From Lama glama (Eukaryota), in the NCBI GenBank assembly GCA_028534125.1, contig CM052818.1, positions 9,550,001 through 9,614,000 of the forward strand: a stretch of DNA of 64,000 nucleotides, in the 5' to 3' direction. The translations under genes and the position numbers were made by a program. Every line of letters begins with the position of its first letter. Position 1 is the first letter of the stretch. Positions 25,501 to 35,200 of this stretch are shown here, piece after piece. Below the pieces are notes generated by a model. It had not been told where the DNA came from and did no database searches. It worked only from the letters and a program-made list of their open reading frames with translations.

Positions 25501-27807
25501 CATAAACAGTGTATTGAGGATATGCAGTTATTTCAGTGCTCAACCAGTGTGTCTTCTCCCCACTTTAGTCTGCCATGTCAAAAAACTGCATCAAGCTTTT
25601 GTGTGAAGATCCTGTTTTTGCAGAATATATAAAATGCATTCTAATGGATGAAAGAACTTTCCTAAACAACAACATTGTCTACACATTCATGACACATTTT
25701 CTTCTAAAGGTATGTCCTAAGTTGGAAACTCAGTCTGTTACTTACAATTAATTAATGGTTTTGTTTTCAGAGTATTAGTCTTTTGGAGCTTTTTTTTTTT
25801 TAATCAATCATCTTTTTCAGGTTCAAGGTCAGGTGTTTTCTGAAGCAAACTGTGCCAATCTGATCAGCACCCTTATTACAAACTTGATAAATCAGTATCA
25901 GAACCTGCAATCTGATTTCACCAACCGAGTCGAAATTTCCAAAGCCAGTGCTTCTTTAAATGGGGTAAGGACTACGGAAGGGGGAATAGTCACGTACTTC
26001 AGAACTTTCCTTTTATCAGCTCTAAATTTGGCCTTAGCATGATTTTACTTTATACATATAGTTTTATTATTTGAACTTTAGAAGCCACATATGGTGGAAA
26101 AAACTAACCAAATAAAAATGTGTTCACTCTGCTTTTTATGTATGTCGCACACACTTTGTTACCTTAGAAGACATGAGCCAATGTCGTTAAATGCTAAGAC
26201 CACTAAGAGGAAACATTCCCTTTATCTTTCTCACATTTTTTGAAACATTACTTGTGATGTTTATTAGTGCCTGTGACTCATAAGCAACTGAAAATCAATT
26301 AGTAATCCGAATATAAAGCCCGTTAAAACTAGGGAACTAGTTGCTTTGTCTAGTCTCTGTGACAGCCATGTCAAACAAGGAAGCACACTGGAAACACGGG
26401 CTAGCACGCCATCCAGCAGCAGCCTCCTGAGGAAGAATGAATGCTTAGACGCCAGAACGGATTACAGAGCTGATTACAGACCCTTACCACTTGTGACATC
26501 CACCAGAAATCAGCATATCTGAAAACTCTGATTCCTAGATTAGTAAGGCCTAAATTTCTCATGGATCATTCATGGTTTGTTTTTTAAATTTCTGTGTAAG
26601 TTCTATTACTGGTATTTTCCTTCCTTTCCCATTTTTGGAAAGCATTGAGTCTTCAGTATGACTTAATACTGCTATACTTATACCACTACTTACCACACTG
26701 GCTTTCTAGTTTTAGCATTCTTCCAAAAATATCAGAGCAACCAGGATGGATTCTTGGAAAAGTGAACATGTACGTTAAACTGTTAATAGCTGTGTCAAAA
26801 TGTTGGTTTTGGCATTTGAAATGTTCCCTGTCTGGACTTTTGTAGGACTTGCGGGCGCTTGCTTTGCTCCTGTCTGTACACACTCCCAAACAATTAAACC
26901 CAGCTCTAATTCCAACCCTGCAAGAGCTTTTAAGCAAATGCAGGACTTGTCTGCAGCAAAGAAACTCACTCCAAGAGCAAGAAGCCAAAGAAAGAAAAAC
27001 TAAAGGTTAGCTTTATGGACTAATACTGACAGTAGGGTGGGAGAAGAGAAGAATATACTCTGTGCAACTGACTTTACAGTAGCTGTGTGTTTAGTTGAGC
27101 CTATATTTAAACGCTAAAAACGAAATTTCCCGTAGACACCTCCCAGTGTGTGATCTTCATGACTCCTTTCAGAGAATTTCTTGCTGTTCATTTTCACAGA
27201 TGATGAAGGGGCGACTCCTGTTAAAAGAAGGCGTGTTAGCAGTGATGAGGAGCACACTGTGGACAGTTGCATCAGTGATGTGAAAACAGAAACCAGGGAG
27301 GTCCTGACCCCGACCAGCACTTCAGACAATGAGACGAGAGACTCTTCAATTATCGATCCAGGAACTGAGCAAGATCTTCCTTCCCCTGAAAACAGTTCTG
27401 TTAAAGAATACCGAATGGAGGTTCCATCTTCATTTTCAGAAGACATGTCAAATATCAGGTCACAGCATGCGGAAGAACAGTCCAACAATGGTAGATTTGA
27501 AGACTGTAAAGAATTTAAAGACCTTCACTGTTCCAAGGATTCTAACCTCGCTGAGGAAGACTCTGAGTTCCCTTCTACTTCCCTCTCCGCAGTCCTGTCT
27601 GACTTAGCTGACTTGAGAAGCTGTGATGGTCAAGCTTTGCCTTCACAGGACCCTGAGGCTGCTTTATCGCTCAGCTGTGGCCATTCCAGAGGGCTCTTTA
27701 GTCACATGCAGCAACACGACATTTTAGATACCCTATGTAGGACCATTGAATCTACAATCCATGTGGTCACAAGGATATCTGGCAAAGGAAACCAAGCTGC
27801 TTCTTGA
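3936..27807 (+). CDS. USP34: Ubiquitin carboxyl-terminal hydrolase 34, 3' part (last 13 coding exons; 5' part outside window): join(3936-4570,6541-6698,9887-9965,11529-11655,12275-12382,13557-13661,13776-13900,14909-15032,23315-23394,25569-25709,25821-25964,26846-27005,27200-27807)
   Basis: All introns are GT-AG with consistent phases. The spliced frame is open for ~864 codons, from [18 protein letters not shown] to [13 protein letters not shown], which I recognise as the USP34 C-terminus. Synteny with AHSA2 and C2orf74 agrees. Confidence 0.97.
6541..6698 (+). CDS. USP34: USP34 coding exon (158 nt)
   Basis: ccttttag|GCAGTG ... ATAAG|gtaaaa; [12 protein letters not shown]...CWTTLI. Confidence 0.95.
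6900..8563 (-). mobile_element. 5'-truncated L1 (artiodactyl-type 3' UTR plus ORF2 C-terminus) with ~13-bp target-site duplication
   Basis: ORF2 C-terminal remnant ([30 protein letters not shown]). TSD attagctactttt 6886-6898 / attagccactttt 8564-8576. Internal (TG)n at 7326-7347. Confidence 0.9.
9887..9965 (+). CDS. USP34: USP34 coding exon (79 nt)
   Basis: ttttctag|TGCC ... ACTGAG|gtaaat; [26 protein letters not shown]. Confidence 0.95.
10712..10835 (-). mobile_element. L2 3' end fragment
   Basis: ttcattcaacaaatgtttgaatgtctactgtg...ctaggcactgaggatacagcagtg. Confidence 0.75.
11529..11655 (+). CDS. USP34: USP34 coding exon (127 nt)
   Basis: cctgtag|TCTTTC ... AAAG|gtttgg; [15 protein letters not shown]...PYLQRK. 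Confidence 0.95.
12275..12382 (+). CDS. USP34: USP34 coding exon (108 nt)
   Basis: tttgcag|ATGTG ... ATAG|gtaagt; [15 protein letters not shown]...NACI. Confidence 0.95.
13557..13661 (+). CDS. USP34: USP34 coding exon (105 nt)
   Basis: ttttcag|ATGTC ... CCAA|gtatgt; [14 protein letters not shown]...HSNIP. Confidence 0.94.
13776..13900 (+). CDS. USP34: USP34 coding exon (125 nt)
   Basis: gtcttag|TGTCT ... AGTAAG|gtatgt; [14 protein letters not shown]...VETSK. Confidence 0.94.
14909..15032 (+). CDS. USP34: USP34 coding exon (124 nt)
   Basis: ccttcag|GGCAAA ... CTGA|gtaagt; [15 protein letters not shown]...TLVKL. Confidence 0.95.
16423..16579 (-). pseudogene. Degraded 7SK snRNA retrocopy (roughly 7SK nt 50-205)
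   Basis: The reverse complement gttgattcagctaatgtggatggctaagtgtgtgtcc...tccctgaaactgtg...gttgatgaggaaggctattcc...ttggtcagagctgttcaagtag is collinear with the 7SK sequence as I recall it; mismatches are mostly transitions. Confidence 0.75.
16700..16845. mobile_element. hAT-Charlie MITE (MER3-like)
   Basis: cactagccacgtgtgagt...aatagtcagaagtggctggtggctactgtattg internal symmetry. Confidence 0.65.
17800..18009. mobile_element. Tigger-family (MER2/MER8/Tigger3-like) terminal fragment
   Basis: Ends cctggaaccaatccacctggatacctagggagtggctg|ta, resembling a Tigger TIR followed by TA. Confidence 0.6.
18040..19030 (+). mobile_element. Old, degraded L1 (L1ME-like) ORF2/3' fragment
   Basis: aaaggacatgaacaaggcagttcaca, cctttgacccagcaataccag, ctggaaacaacccaaatgtccatcagtag. 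Confidence 0.7.
19092..19212 (-). mobile_element. tRNA-derived camelid-type SINE (A-box deleted)
   Basis: Reverse complement gtgcatgcttagcatgcatgaggtcctGGTTCAATCCccagta (B-box at 19159-19168) followed by an A-rich tail. Confidence 0.8.
21135..21360 (+). mobile_element. MIR SINE
   Basis: gggctttggcatcagataaatctggg...ctctctgaacctgacttcctcatc...attaaatgtgatta. Confidence 0.65.
21983..22493 (+). mobile_element. hAT-Charlie MER58B-like MITE, interrupted at 22262-22449
   Basis: aaagttttattgaaagacagccacacccattcatt...tgtggctgctttc...ggccttttacagaaaaggttcgccaac. Confidence 0.8.
22262..22449. mobile_element. Tigger/Tc1-mariner-type MITE with TA target duplication
   Basis: ta|CAGGTATCCCC ... GGGAAGCGTG|ta; removing it restores a continuous MER58-like sequence. 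Confidence 0.7.
23315..23394 (+). CDS. USP34: USP34 coding exon (80 nt)
   Basis: atattag|GTGTC ... ACTCAG|gtaaag; [26 protein letters not shown]. Confidence 0.95.
24715..24845 (+). mobile_element. MIR fragment
   Basis: gaagacctgggt...gggtgaccttgagcagttcactta. Confidence 0.55.
25569..25709 (+). CDS. USP34: USP34 coding exon (141 nt)
   Basis: actttag|TCTGCC ... CTAAAG|gtatgt; [14 protein letters not shown]...THFLLK. Confidence 0.95.
25821..25964 (+). CDS. USP34: USP34 coding exon (144 nt)
   Basis: ttttcag|GTTCAA ... AATGGG|gtaagg; [14 protein letters not shown]...SASLNG. Confidence 0.95.
26846..27005 (+). CDS. USP34: USP34 coding exon (160 nt)
   Basis: ttgtag|GACTTG ... AAAG|gttagc; [14 protein letters not shown]...KERKTK. 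Confidence 0.95.
27200..27807 (+). CDS. USP34: USP34 terminal coding exon (acidic, Ser-rich tail; stop TGA 27805-27807)
   Basis: tttcacag|[17 protein letters not shown]...GNQAAS*. Confidence 0.96.
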
Positions 27808-28365
27808 CATTAGATGTAGCATGTCTACTTTTAAGGTCCCCCTTCCCCCTAATGCTGTTTGTATAAGTTTTGCTTATTTCTGTTTTTGTGCTTCAGTTCG
27901 TCCAGTGCTCTCTGCTTGAATGGCAAGATAGATTTATAGGCTTAATTCTTGGTCAGGCAGAACTTCAGATGAAAACATTTGCATCTTCAGTATACTTTCT
28001 AAAGGGCAATCAGATAACGGATTTGTTTTATGTAATTAAGAGTTCACTGTAGTGGCTTTCATTTAATATGGCTGTCTGGGAGGAACAGGGTTTCCTGGCC
28101 CTTACAATGTAATTTAAACTTAACAGCATTTTTACTGTGTATAATATGGTGTCCTCTGTGCCAGTTTTGTACCTTATAATAGAGGCAGATTGCCTCCGAT
28201 CGCTGTGGTTCTTATTATCAAAATTAAGTTTACTTGTATACGGAACAACCACAAGAAATTTGATTCTGTAAAGAATCCTCTTTAGCTGTGGCCTGGCAGT
28301 ATATAAATGGTGCTTTATTTAACAGAATACCTGTGGAGGAAATAAAGCACACTTGATGTAAAAAT
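27808..28365 (+). other. USP34: USP34 3' UTR (end approximate; may extend to ~28440 via ATTAAA)
   Basis: Repeat-free sequence between the stop codon and AATAAA at 28341-28346. Confidence 0.75.
28341..28346 (+). terminator. USP34 polyadenylation signal AATAAA (alternative ATTAAA at 28418-28423)
   Basis: Canonical hexamer followed ~20 nt later by a GU/U-rich tract ttgttttatttttattg. Confidence 0.8.
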
Positions 28366-28371
28366 AATTGT

Positions 28372-28383
28372 TTTATTTTTATT
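28372..28383 (-). terminator. AHSA2 polyadenylation signals (tandem AATAAA on the minus strand; another at 28314-28319)
   Basis: tttatt at 28372-28377 and 28378-28383 are the first canonical minus-strand hexamers I find after the AHSA2 stop. Confidence 0.6.
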
Positions 28384-29114
28384 GACATGACTGATTGATT
28401 GCTATTCTGTGCACTTAATTAAACTGATTGTGATGACTTTTTACTTGTTTACATATGTTGCTTCAGTCTTCTCAAGATGAAAGTAATGAGAAAACTGAAA
28501 TGAGGGGAAGCACTTCTCCATTCTATTCTGTTTCATTAGAAGTGGAGTGGCAGTCCAAAAAGCAACTTACTTTTACCCTGTAGACTTTTCAATCCTCATT
28601 ACCCCAAAATGCATAACTGCTGCAGGGAGAAGCGTTAACGGTACAGCCAGCTCGCCCTCACGTCAACATGCTCCTGAGTGCAACATGCCACTGTTTCACT
28701 ACCTAAGAGCTACTACATACCTTTAAAACCCTGAAATAAATAAAATAAAGGAATAGTTATCAACATGCCATTTTTTTTTTTGTCTTCCTGAACTAAAACT
28801 GTAGCTAAAAGTAAGCTTGTTAGGACAAGCTTTAGCTTGGGACACTTCAACCATCTGTACGTAGGGATTCAACCCAGAAGAGCATCTACAGGAGGTAAAG
28901 TTAATACCTAATTTCAGGTTGCTTGCTTTTAAACTCAATGCAGTCTAGTCATTAAGATTCAGACAATGCTTTCGATTCTGTACAAGTTGATGGATTTCAT
29001 CCAGTACAAATTAACAGTACTTGTTTTCTTTTTTAAAAGGAGTAACAGGGAAGAGGTAAATGACACTTTTTCTGCTTACAAAAAGTAATGCCCTTATAAA
29101 ATCTTCTAACTAAT

Positions 29115-29287
29115 TCAACCATTTAGGGTGGTTAACTGCAGTAAACCTTTTATTTCTTCAAAATGCTGCTTCTGCCAACAGAATTTTATGTTCTCTTCTT
29201 TACAAACAGGAACTCCTTTACAGTCCAACTGTAATTCCGTTTGCCCTAGAGTAGGCACAAAATTCAGTGCAACTGTTGCATAGTGTT
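29115..29287 (-). CDS. AHSA2: AHSA2 exon 9, coding part (stop TGA 29117-29115)
   Basis: cttccag|[31 protein letters not shown]...LQLTTLNG*. Confidence 0.94.
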
Positions 29288-32200
29288 CTGGAAGAAGGAA
29301 AGGAAAGCTTATTACTGCATTATGAAAAGGAAAATTTACCCATACAGTACCACTATTTGCTTTTCACAGTAGGGGGAAAAACAGCTTGAGAGTTTTGGGA
29401 CTCAAAACAGTGCTAATAACATACCTTCTGGCCAGTTCCTACACCTCCATTTCATGACGATTTTTTTATTTGTTAACTGAAAACAAAGGGGAAATTCCAC
29501 TGAAAACATCTTTTAAAATTTCCTACAATACTGTCACAAATAACCGAATCCGTTCATAAAAGCCCCTACGTACTAAAAGTAATCGAAGAACAACATACAC
29601 TCCCATTTTCCAGCTTATACACCGCACCACTGAGAATTCATTGTCCCCCATGCCAAAATGTTTAACAGTAGTAACACCCAAGGACAGAAGTGTAACAAGA
29701 ACAGAGCCGATGTCAGTGGCGAGGCAACTGACATTTGGCAACACACACCCTAGTGATTAGGTGGCAGAAACCAGAAACCAACTTTTAGACCAAAAGTTGG
29801 AAGGAAATCTATAATTGTGCCTTCTGAAATCATAAATACTTGCAAAATTACTGCGAAACAAAGGCTTCATCTTTATTATACTTAGTATTTATAACATTTT
29901 TTATTTACCCTACAACCAACTTTATAAAGTGCTCAAGTTTCTGTGAACTCAGATAAAAAGCCAAAGCACATTAAAAACAGGATGAATAAAGCAATATTAA
30001 CAGAAGAGTCAGTCCCAGCTTACCTTCCTTTAAACCAGAAGCTTACTTACCAGTTCTATATATTCACCAGTGATGTTCCCGTCAAACATTTGGAATTTCC
30101 CTCCCTTTTCAGCTTCTAATACAGCAGGAGATTTAGAAAATTTTTGCACCAGCTAACCAAGCAAAATGTACAACAGACATGTTATTCCAGCACATACTAT
30201 CATGTTTTTAACCGAAATGTAAAACATTAATGTAACAATTTACTGTAGTTTTGGTTTTTTTAATTGTGGCTACACAGCTCTTAATTATAGCTTTCCTTCC
30301 CTTTCTCTCCTCTTTCAGAGGAAGAAAACTCAGTAAATTGCTCCAAACTCCTAAATGCTGATTAACTCCTCCAAAATGCCCACTCAAATTTTTCAGAGAC
30401 TATCCTAAAGATTTCTAGATCCTTTCAATCAGGAAACTATGGCCATACAGGAAACGAAAACCCAGCTCCAGTTCTTAGTGGCTTATTTTCTCCAAATGTC
30501 AGCATTTCAGATCCTAACTTGCAAAGTTACTTACATCTTTCACAGTAAAGATTCTATACAGCTGCTCAACAGCTGTATCAAACAGCTCCGTCATGTGCAG
30601 GGCCACAGTGGGAATCCTCACACCCAGTGCCACTGGAGAAGAGGTCTGAATCTCAAGAGAAAAGGTTCCAATATGACAAAAGATTTTGAAAATTCTTCTA
30701 ATCTTAATAAAACACCAGAATGTCCCGAATTGCACACTACCCCCTTCCACTAAAGCCTTTTAGCACCACCAGTTCTGGTCTTTATTTTGAAAACAGTTCA
30801 CTGTTCCTATAAGCTCTTTAGCTCTGTTCCAGTCACAGGCTATGACCTCACACCCCAAATCTTATTTGGACATGTAATTATGGCCCAGAGGGCAAAAAAG
30901 TGAAGCAGGTGAAGGACAGCAGCACTGAAGGCCAAAGGGCCCCAATTCCCCACCACCAGATTCCAAGAACAGGATCTAAAACCTCCAATTGACCAAAAGT
31001 CTGGAGAGGTTCTTCCATTGTTTCATGTGAACCACAAAGTCACCTGGTTTTGTATTCTCTGCTGCCTACCAAAACAACACTGCCTTTACAACACCATCTT
31101 GAACTAAATTCAATTATTTAGTTCAGAAAGGCCTACTTATACAATCCCTTCCATCAAGGATGAAAGTCTCATTTAATCACTTCCCCCCAAAACAGCAGAG
31201 GAAGTAAGGGTGGATTAGCTGGCCCTCGTCACTATCCTCTGCAGTTCGTCATCACAAGACTATTTAGAGCTTTGAAGCCTAGTGGCCACCAGAGGGCATA
31301 CCTGCAAGGTATTCTCATTCAGTTTCCTTTTAATGGTCAATTCCTGCGTTGCCATAGCTTTCGTTGGTAAAATCATTCCCATTGTAAATTCTACAAAGAA
31401 AACATATGAGAAGTGGTTTTAATAAAGAATTTTTTCTCTTTCAAAACAAATAGTAAGGCAGAAAACCGAAAACAGTATGTAAGAATAAAAAAGAACTGAT
31501 ATTTATAAAAAGAATTCCTATAGCATTTTGAGAGTTTCAAGACCATTCTGTATTTTTACCTATAAAACTAATCATGAACAACACGAGATCCACAGCAGCA
31601 AATGCCTTTTATCCTTTCCTTTTTATCAAATGCCTTACTTTTATCTAGTTCTTGATAAAACAGCATAATTTTCAAATGTTCTTTTCCGAAAAGCTCCATT
31701 TTAAACGACTAACTACTAACAGCTTTATGGCCTTCACTTACTGTCAAAACCAGACACTTGCTCATTGCTTCACCACCACCTCACAAAGCTTGGCCTCCCA
31801 GTGTTCAAGCCTGTGGGCCAGCCACATGTGTGATCTCGTGAGAAAAGTGGCAACCCCAAACGCTTCTGTGCCAACACCTAGATGCTCAAGTAGCAGAGTC
31901 CAAGGATGAGGTGCAGACATACAGGCCCTGCTGGCCATTTTGTCCGGCAGGTAACTTCTCTAATTTAGGGAAGAAGACAATAACCTCAATTCCACACAGT
32001 ATAGGGATTAACTAGATAAGTGTCAACTACCTGAGTCACTTTCATTCATTCATTCATTCAACAAAGATTTATTAAGCACCTACTATGTGCCAGGGCATTA
32101 TGACAGATGCTGGAGAGACAGCAGTGAACAAGATAAACACACCTTCCATGCCCTCACGGAGCTTACAGTCTAGCAAGGAAGACAGTTGTTTCTGGAGCCT

Positions 32201-35200
32201 TGGACATCAGCCTAACCTGGGAATCCAGACCACAGTGCAGAGCATTACTTGGGTAAATAGAAAAGGGACCCTCTAATTCACAAGGGATGCCTTCTTTACC
32301 CGTCTTAAGTGCCTCCAGGTAATCTCCAAGGGCCTCCCTGACCTTGGCGGTGCCTGCAGTTTTCATAAGATCCTTCAGTATATCCCCATCTCCTTTCTTT
32401 TTACTCACGTTCACCTACAAATCAGAAAAATACAAACCTAAGAAAAATCTGGTTTGATGTATTCTCACAACACTGGGACATATGGATGAGAGAACTGTGA
32501 TGGCGAGGGAAGGGAAAGAAAGAAATTGATGTAAGAGAGAGATGGCAGGTTTCTTCATATAGTTTGAGAAGATGTAAAGGGTTTCTTATCAAGGGTCCGT
32601 TGATTAGGTTGGTGGCCAGATCATGAAGGATTTCTTAGGATGTGAACCCCCTAATCTGTGTATGTTTTATCTGTGTATATAACATACTGAAGATGTAGTC
32701 CATGGCTTTTATCAGGGTCTAGAAATGCGCTGTCCAGTATGGTAGCTGCTCAGCCACATGTGGCTACTGAGTACTTGCAATGTGACTGGTCGGATTTGAG
32801 ATGTGCTTTAAGTGTAAAATAACACACAACAGACTCTGAAGACTTAGTACCAAAAAGAATGTAAAATAATCTCTTAATAACTTCAATATTAATTACATGT
32901 TAAATATTATTTTAAATATTGGGTAAAATAAAAAATATTAAAACTAATTTCACCTGTTTCTTTTAACTTTTTAAATATGGCTGCTAGAAAATTTTAAGTT
33001 CCTTATGTGGCTTGCATTACATTTCTATTGAACAGCGCTGGTCTAGAACCCCAAAACCAGTGTAATCAGGTAAATCACGTTTCCCCACAGCCTGGCCTTG
33101 GGCTACATTTTTTTTGGCAGGGAGGAGAGTTGGCAAAGAGGAAGAGGGGGAAAAAAGAGGGAGGGAGGGAAGAACAGGGACAGGTGAGAGGGGGAGACAG
33201 GGAAAGGAAAGCATCAAAGTTCTGCTCTGGGGACACCTCCGTGGTGCTCTCAGGTGAGGTGTTGGCATGAAATCATGTAGTGTCCCTGTGATTCAGCTGA
33301 GTTGGGCCTGGTCCCAGGTTCCAGTTCCAATTTGAAGAGTCTGTTCTGTAATGCTACCAAGGGTTGAATCTAAAAGACCAATTTAACATGTTGATGAAAC
33401 ACTTCTCAGCTGATGGATCTGAACACAGTTAAGTGAAATTACAGCCCGAGTACAGCAACATGTCTGAAGGTATGTCCGAGACAGCCCCGCTTTTACAACA
33501 TTTTATAATCTTTAATAGAGGCGGCTCATAGACAAGTGGCTCAGTACAACTTAGTTTCTATATCTCTAAAGCCTTCACAATGAATACATTCACAAATCAA
33601 AAAAGACCTTTTATCAAACTATCTTTATTTGGAAAATATGGCTGCTATACAAATGGTCTCAACTCACAACCAAGCTTTTAAAAAGGGCACTAACCACAAA
33701 CCAAGCATAGGAGTTACGCAGGCTCTATCTCCCAAACTAGAGGAGCCAGGCAAAACATACTAACACACACTAACTAGCTTACAAAACACGCGTGATATAA
33801 CCAAGGGAGATCACAGCTACAAGCTAAGAATTTTCACTATTAAAGGGAAAGAGCAAAGATGTAGGGAAAGAGAAACAAAACCCTGTTCACCAAGCTGTGC
33901 ATCTTGCCTGAGCACTTTACAGTATATACACTGTCACATTTATCTAGTAACATTCTGAAAGGTCTAATTAACCCCATTTCACAGACGAGGAGGCCATGGA
34001 GGGTGCAGCCACCTGCCCAGCCCCACACCTGGTCTAAGGGAGAGTCTAGGGCTTCCCAGGATTACTCCTTCTCCCACACCACTCTGTCCACACCCCACGC
34101 TGCCCCCACCACCCCAGTACAGCTATTCTTCTCAGCAAACAAGCCCTCCACAATTCACCAAAACTACCGCACAGGAACCACACAGTCTGATAAAATTTTT
34201 CAAATGCCCAACGCTTATAACAGAAGCTTGATTTAAAAGAAAAATAAAGAAGAAGAAGAAAAAGAAACTCCATCAGATACCTCACCTCGGTGTCATCTAC
34301 TTCATTTTCTTCAGATAGGTTGGGTATTTCAATCAGTCCCTTGTGCTTTGCACCAGATTCTTTAATTATACCTAAAATGAGCAAAATATGTTTTTCAATC
34401 ACAAAAGTAACAACTAGTTTCCATAAAACTGCCCTGCCTAACTGAACAGTCCACCCTTCTCACAGGGCACCACCATGGTGACAATGAGGCAGATTCATGG
34501 CTTCCCCGCCACACACATGCCAAAGCCGACCCCACTCTCCCGGCCCACATCAGAGGTAAGCACCGAAGAGGGGGACAGAACCTGGCCTATAAAAGTGCAC
34601 ACGAAATCGGGGCTGCACAGGGTTGGAGAAGGTGGGTCTGTCGACCAATGTTTCTTTTCTCATTTGCCAATACTCTTTAGCAAGTTAAAGCAGCATAAAG
34701 GGCTATCTTGAAGAGAAGCCACAAAAGGGACAGGGAAGCAAAAACAGACAATGAGTTCTGATCATGGAAAGAGTGAGGGGAGGGAGGCTGTGGCTTGAGG
34801 AAGTTTGTGCGGACTCCATGCAGCTGGATTTCTTTCAAGCCCAGAGTGTTGACTTCAGTGACATCAAGATGGTGACATATTGCACAGCAAAGGAAACCAT
34901 AAGCAAAAACGACAACTTACAGAATGGGAGAAAATATTTGTAAAAGATGAAACTGACAAAGGCTTGACCTCCAGAATATATAAACAGCTCATACAACTTA
35001 ATAAGAAAAAAACAAACAACCCAATCCAAAAACAGGCAGAAGACCTGAACAAGCAATTCTCCAAGGAAGAAATACAAATGACCAATAGGCACATGAAAAA
35101 ATGCTCAATATCACTAATTATCAGTGCAACCAGCACTCAAATCTGGGTGGACAGCATTCCTGCTTGCAGCAGTGCACAAGCAGAGCTCAGCTGGCAATTC

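Noticed and set aside
25710..25820. 111-nt (3n) USP34 intron as a second read-through candidate
   Set aside because: In-frame TAA at the 14th codon
3936..27199. Possible U12-type introns (donors beginning gtat...)
   Set aside because: None has the GTATCCTT/ATATCCTT consensus; all look like U2-type introns
26686..27488. Antisense ORFs of 100 and 124 aa over the last USP34 exons (also 4295-4552, 30439-30753, 43969-44412)
   Set aside because: Shadow frames of real coding exons with no independent start or splice support
28182..28196. gaggca-gat-tgcctc triloop hairpin in the USP34 3' UTR as a Roquin CDE
   Set aside because: The loop is GAU, not the pyrimidine-purine-pyrimidine loop of CDEs, and a 6-bp stem is common by chance
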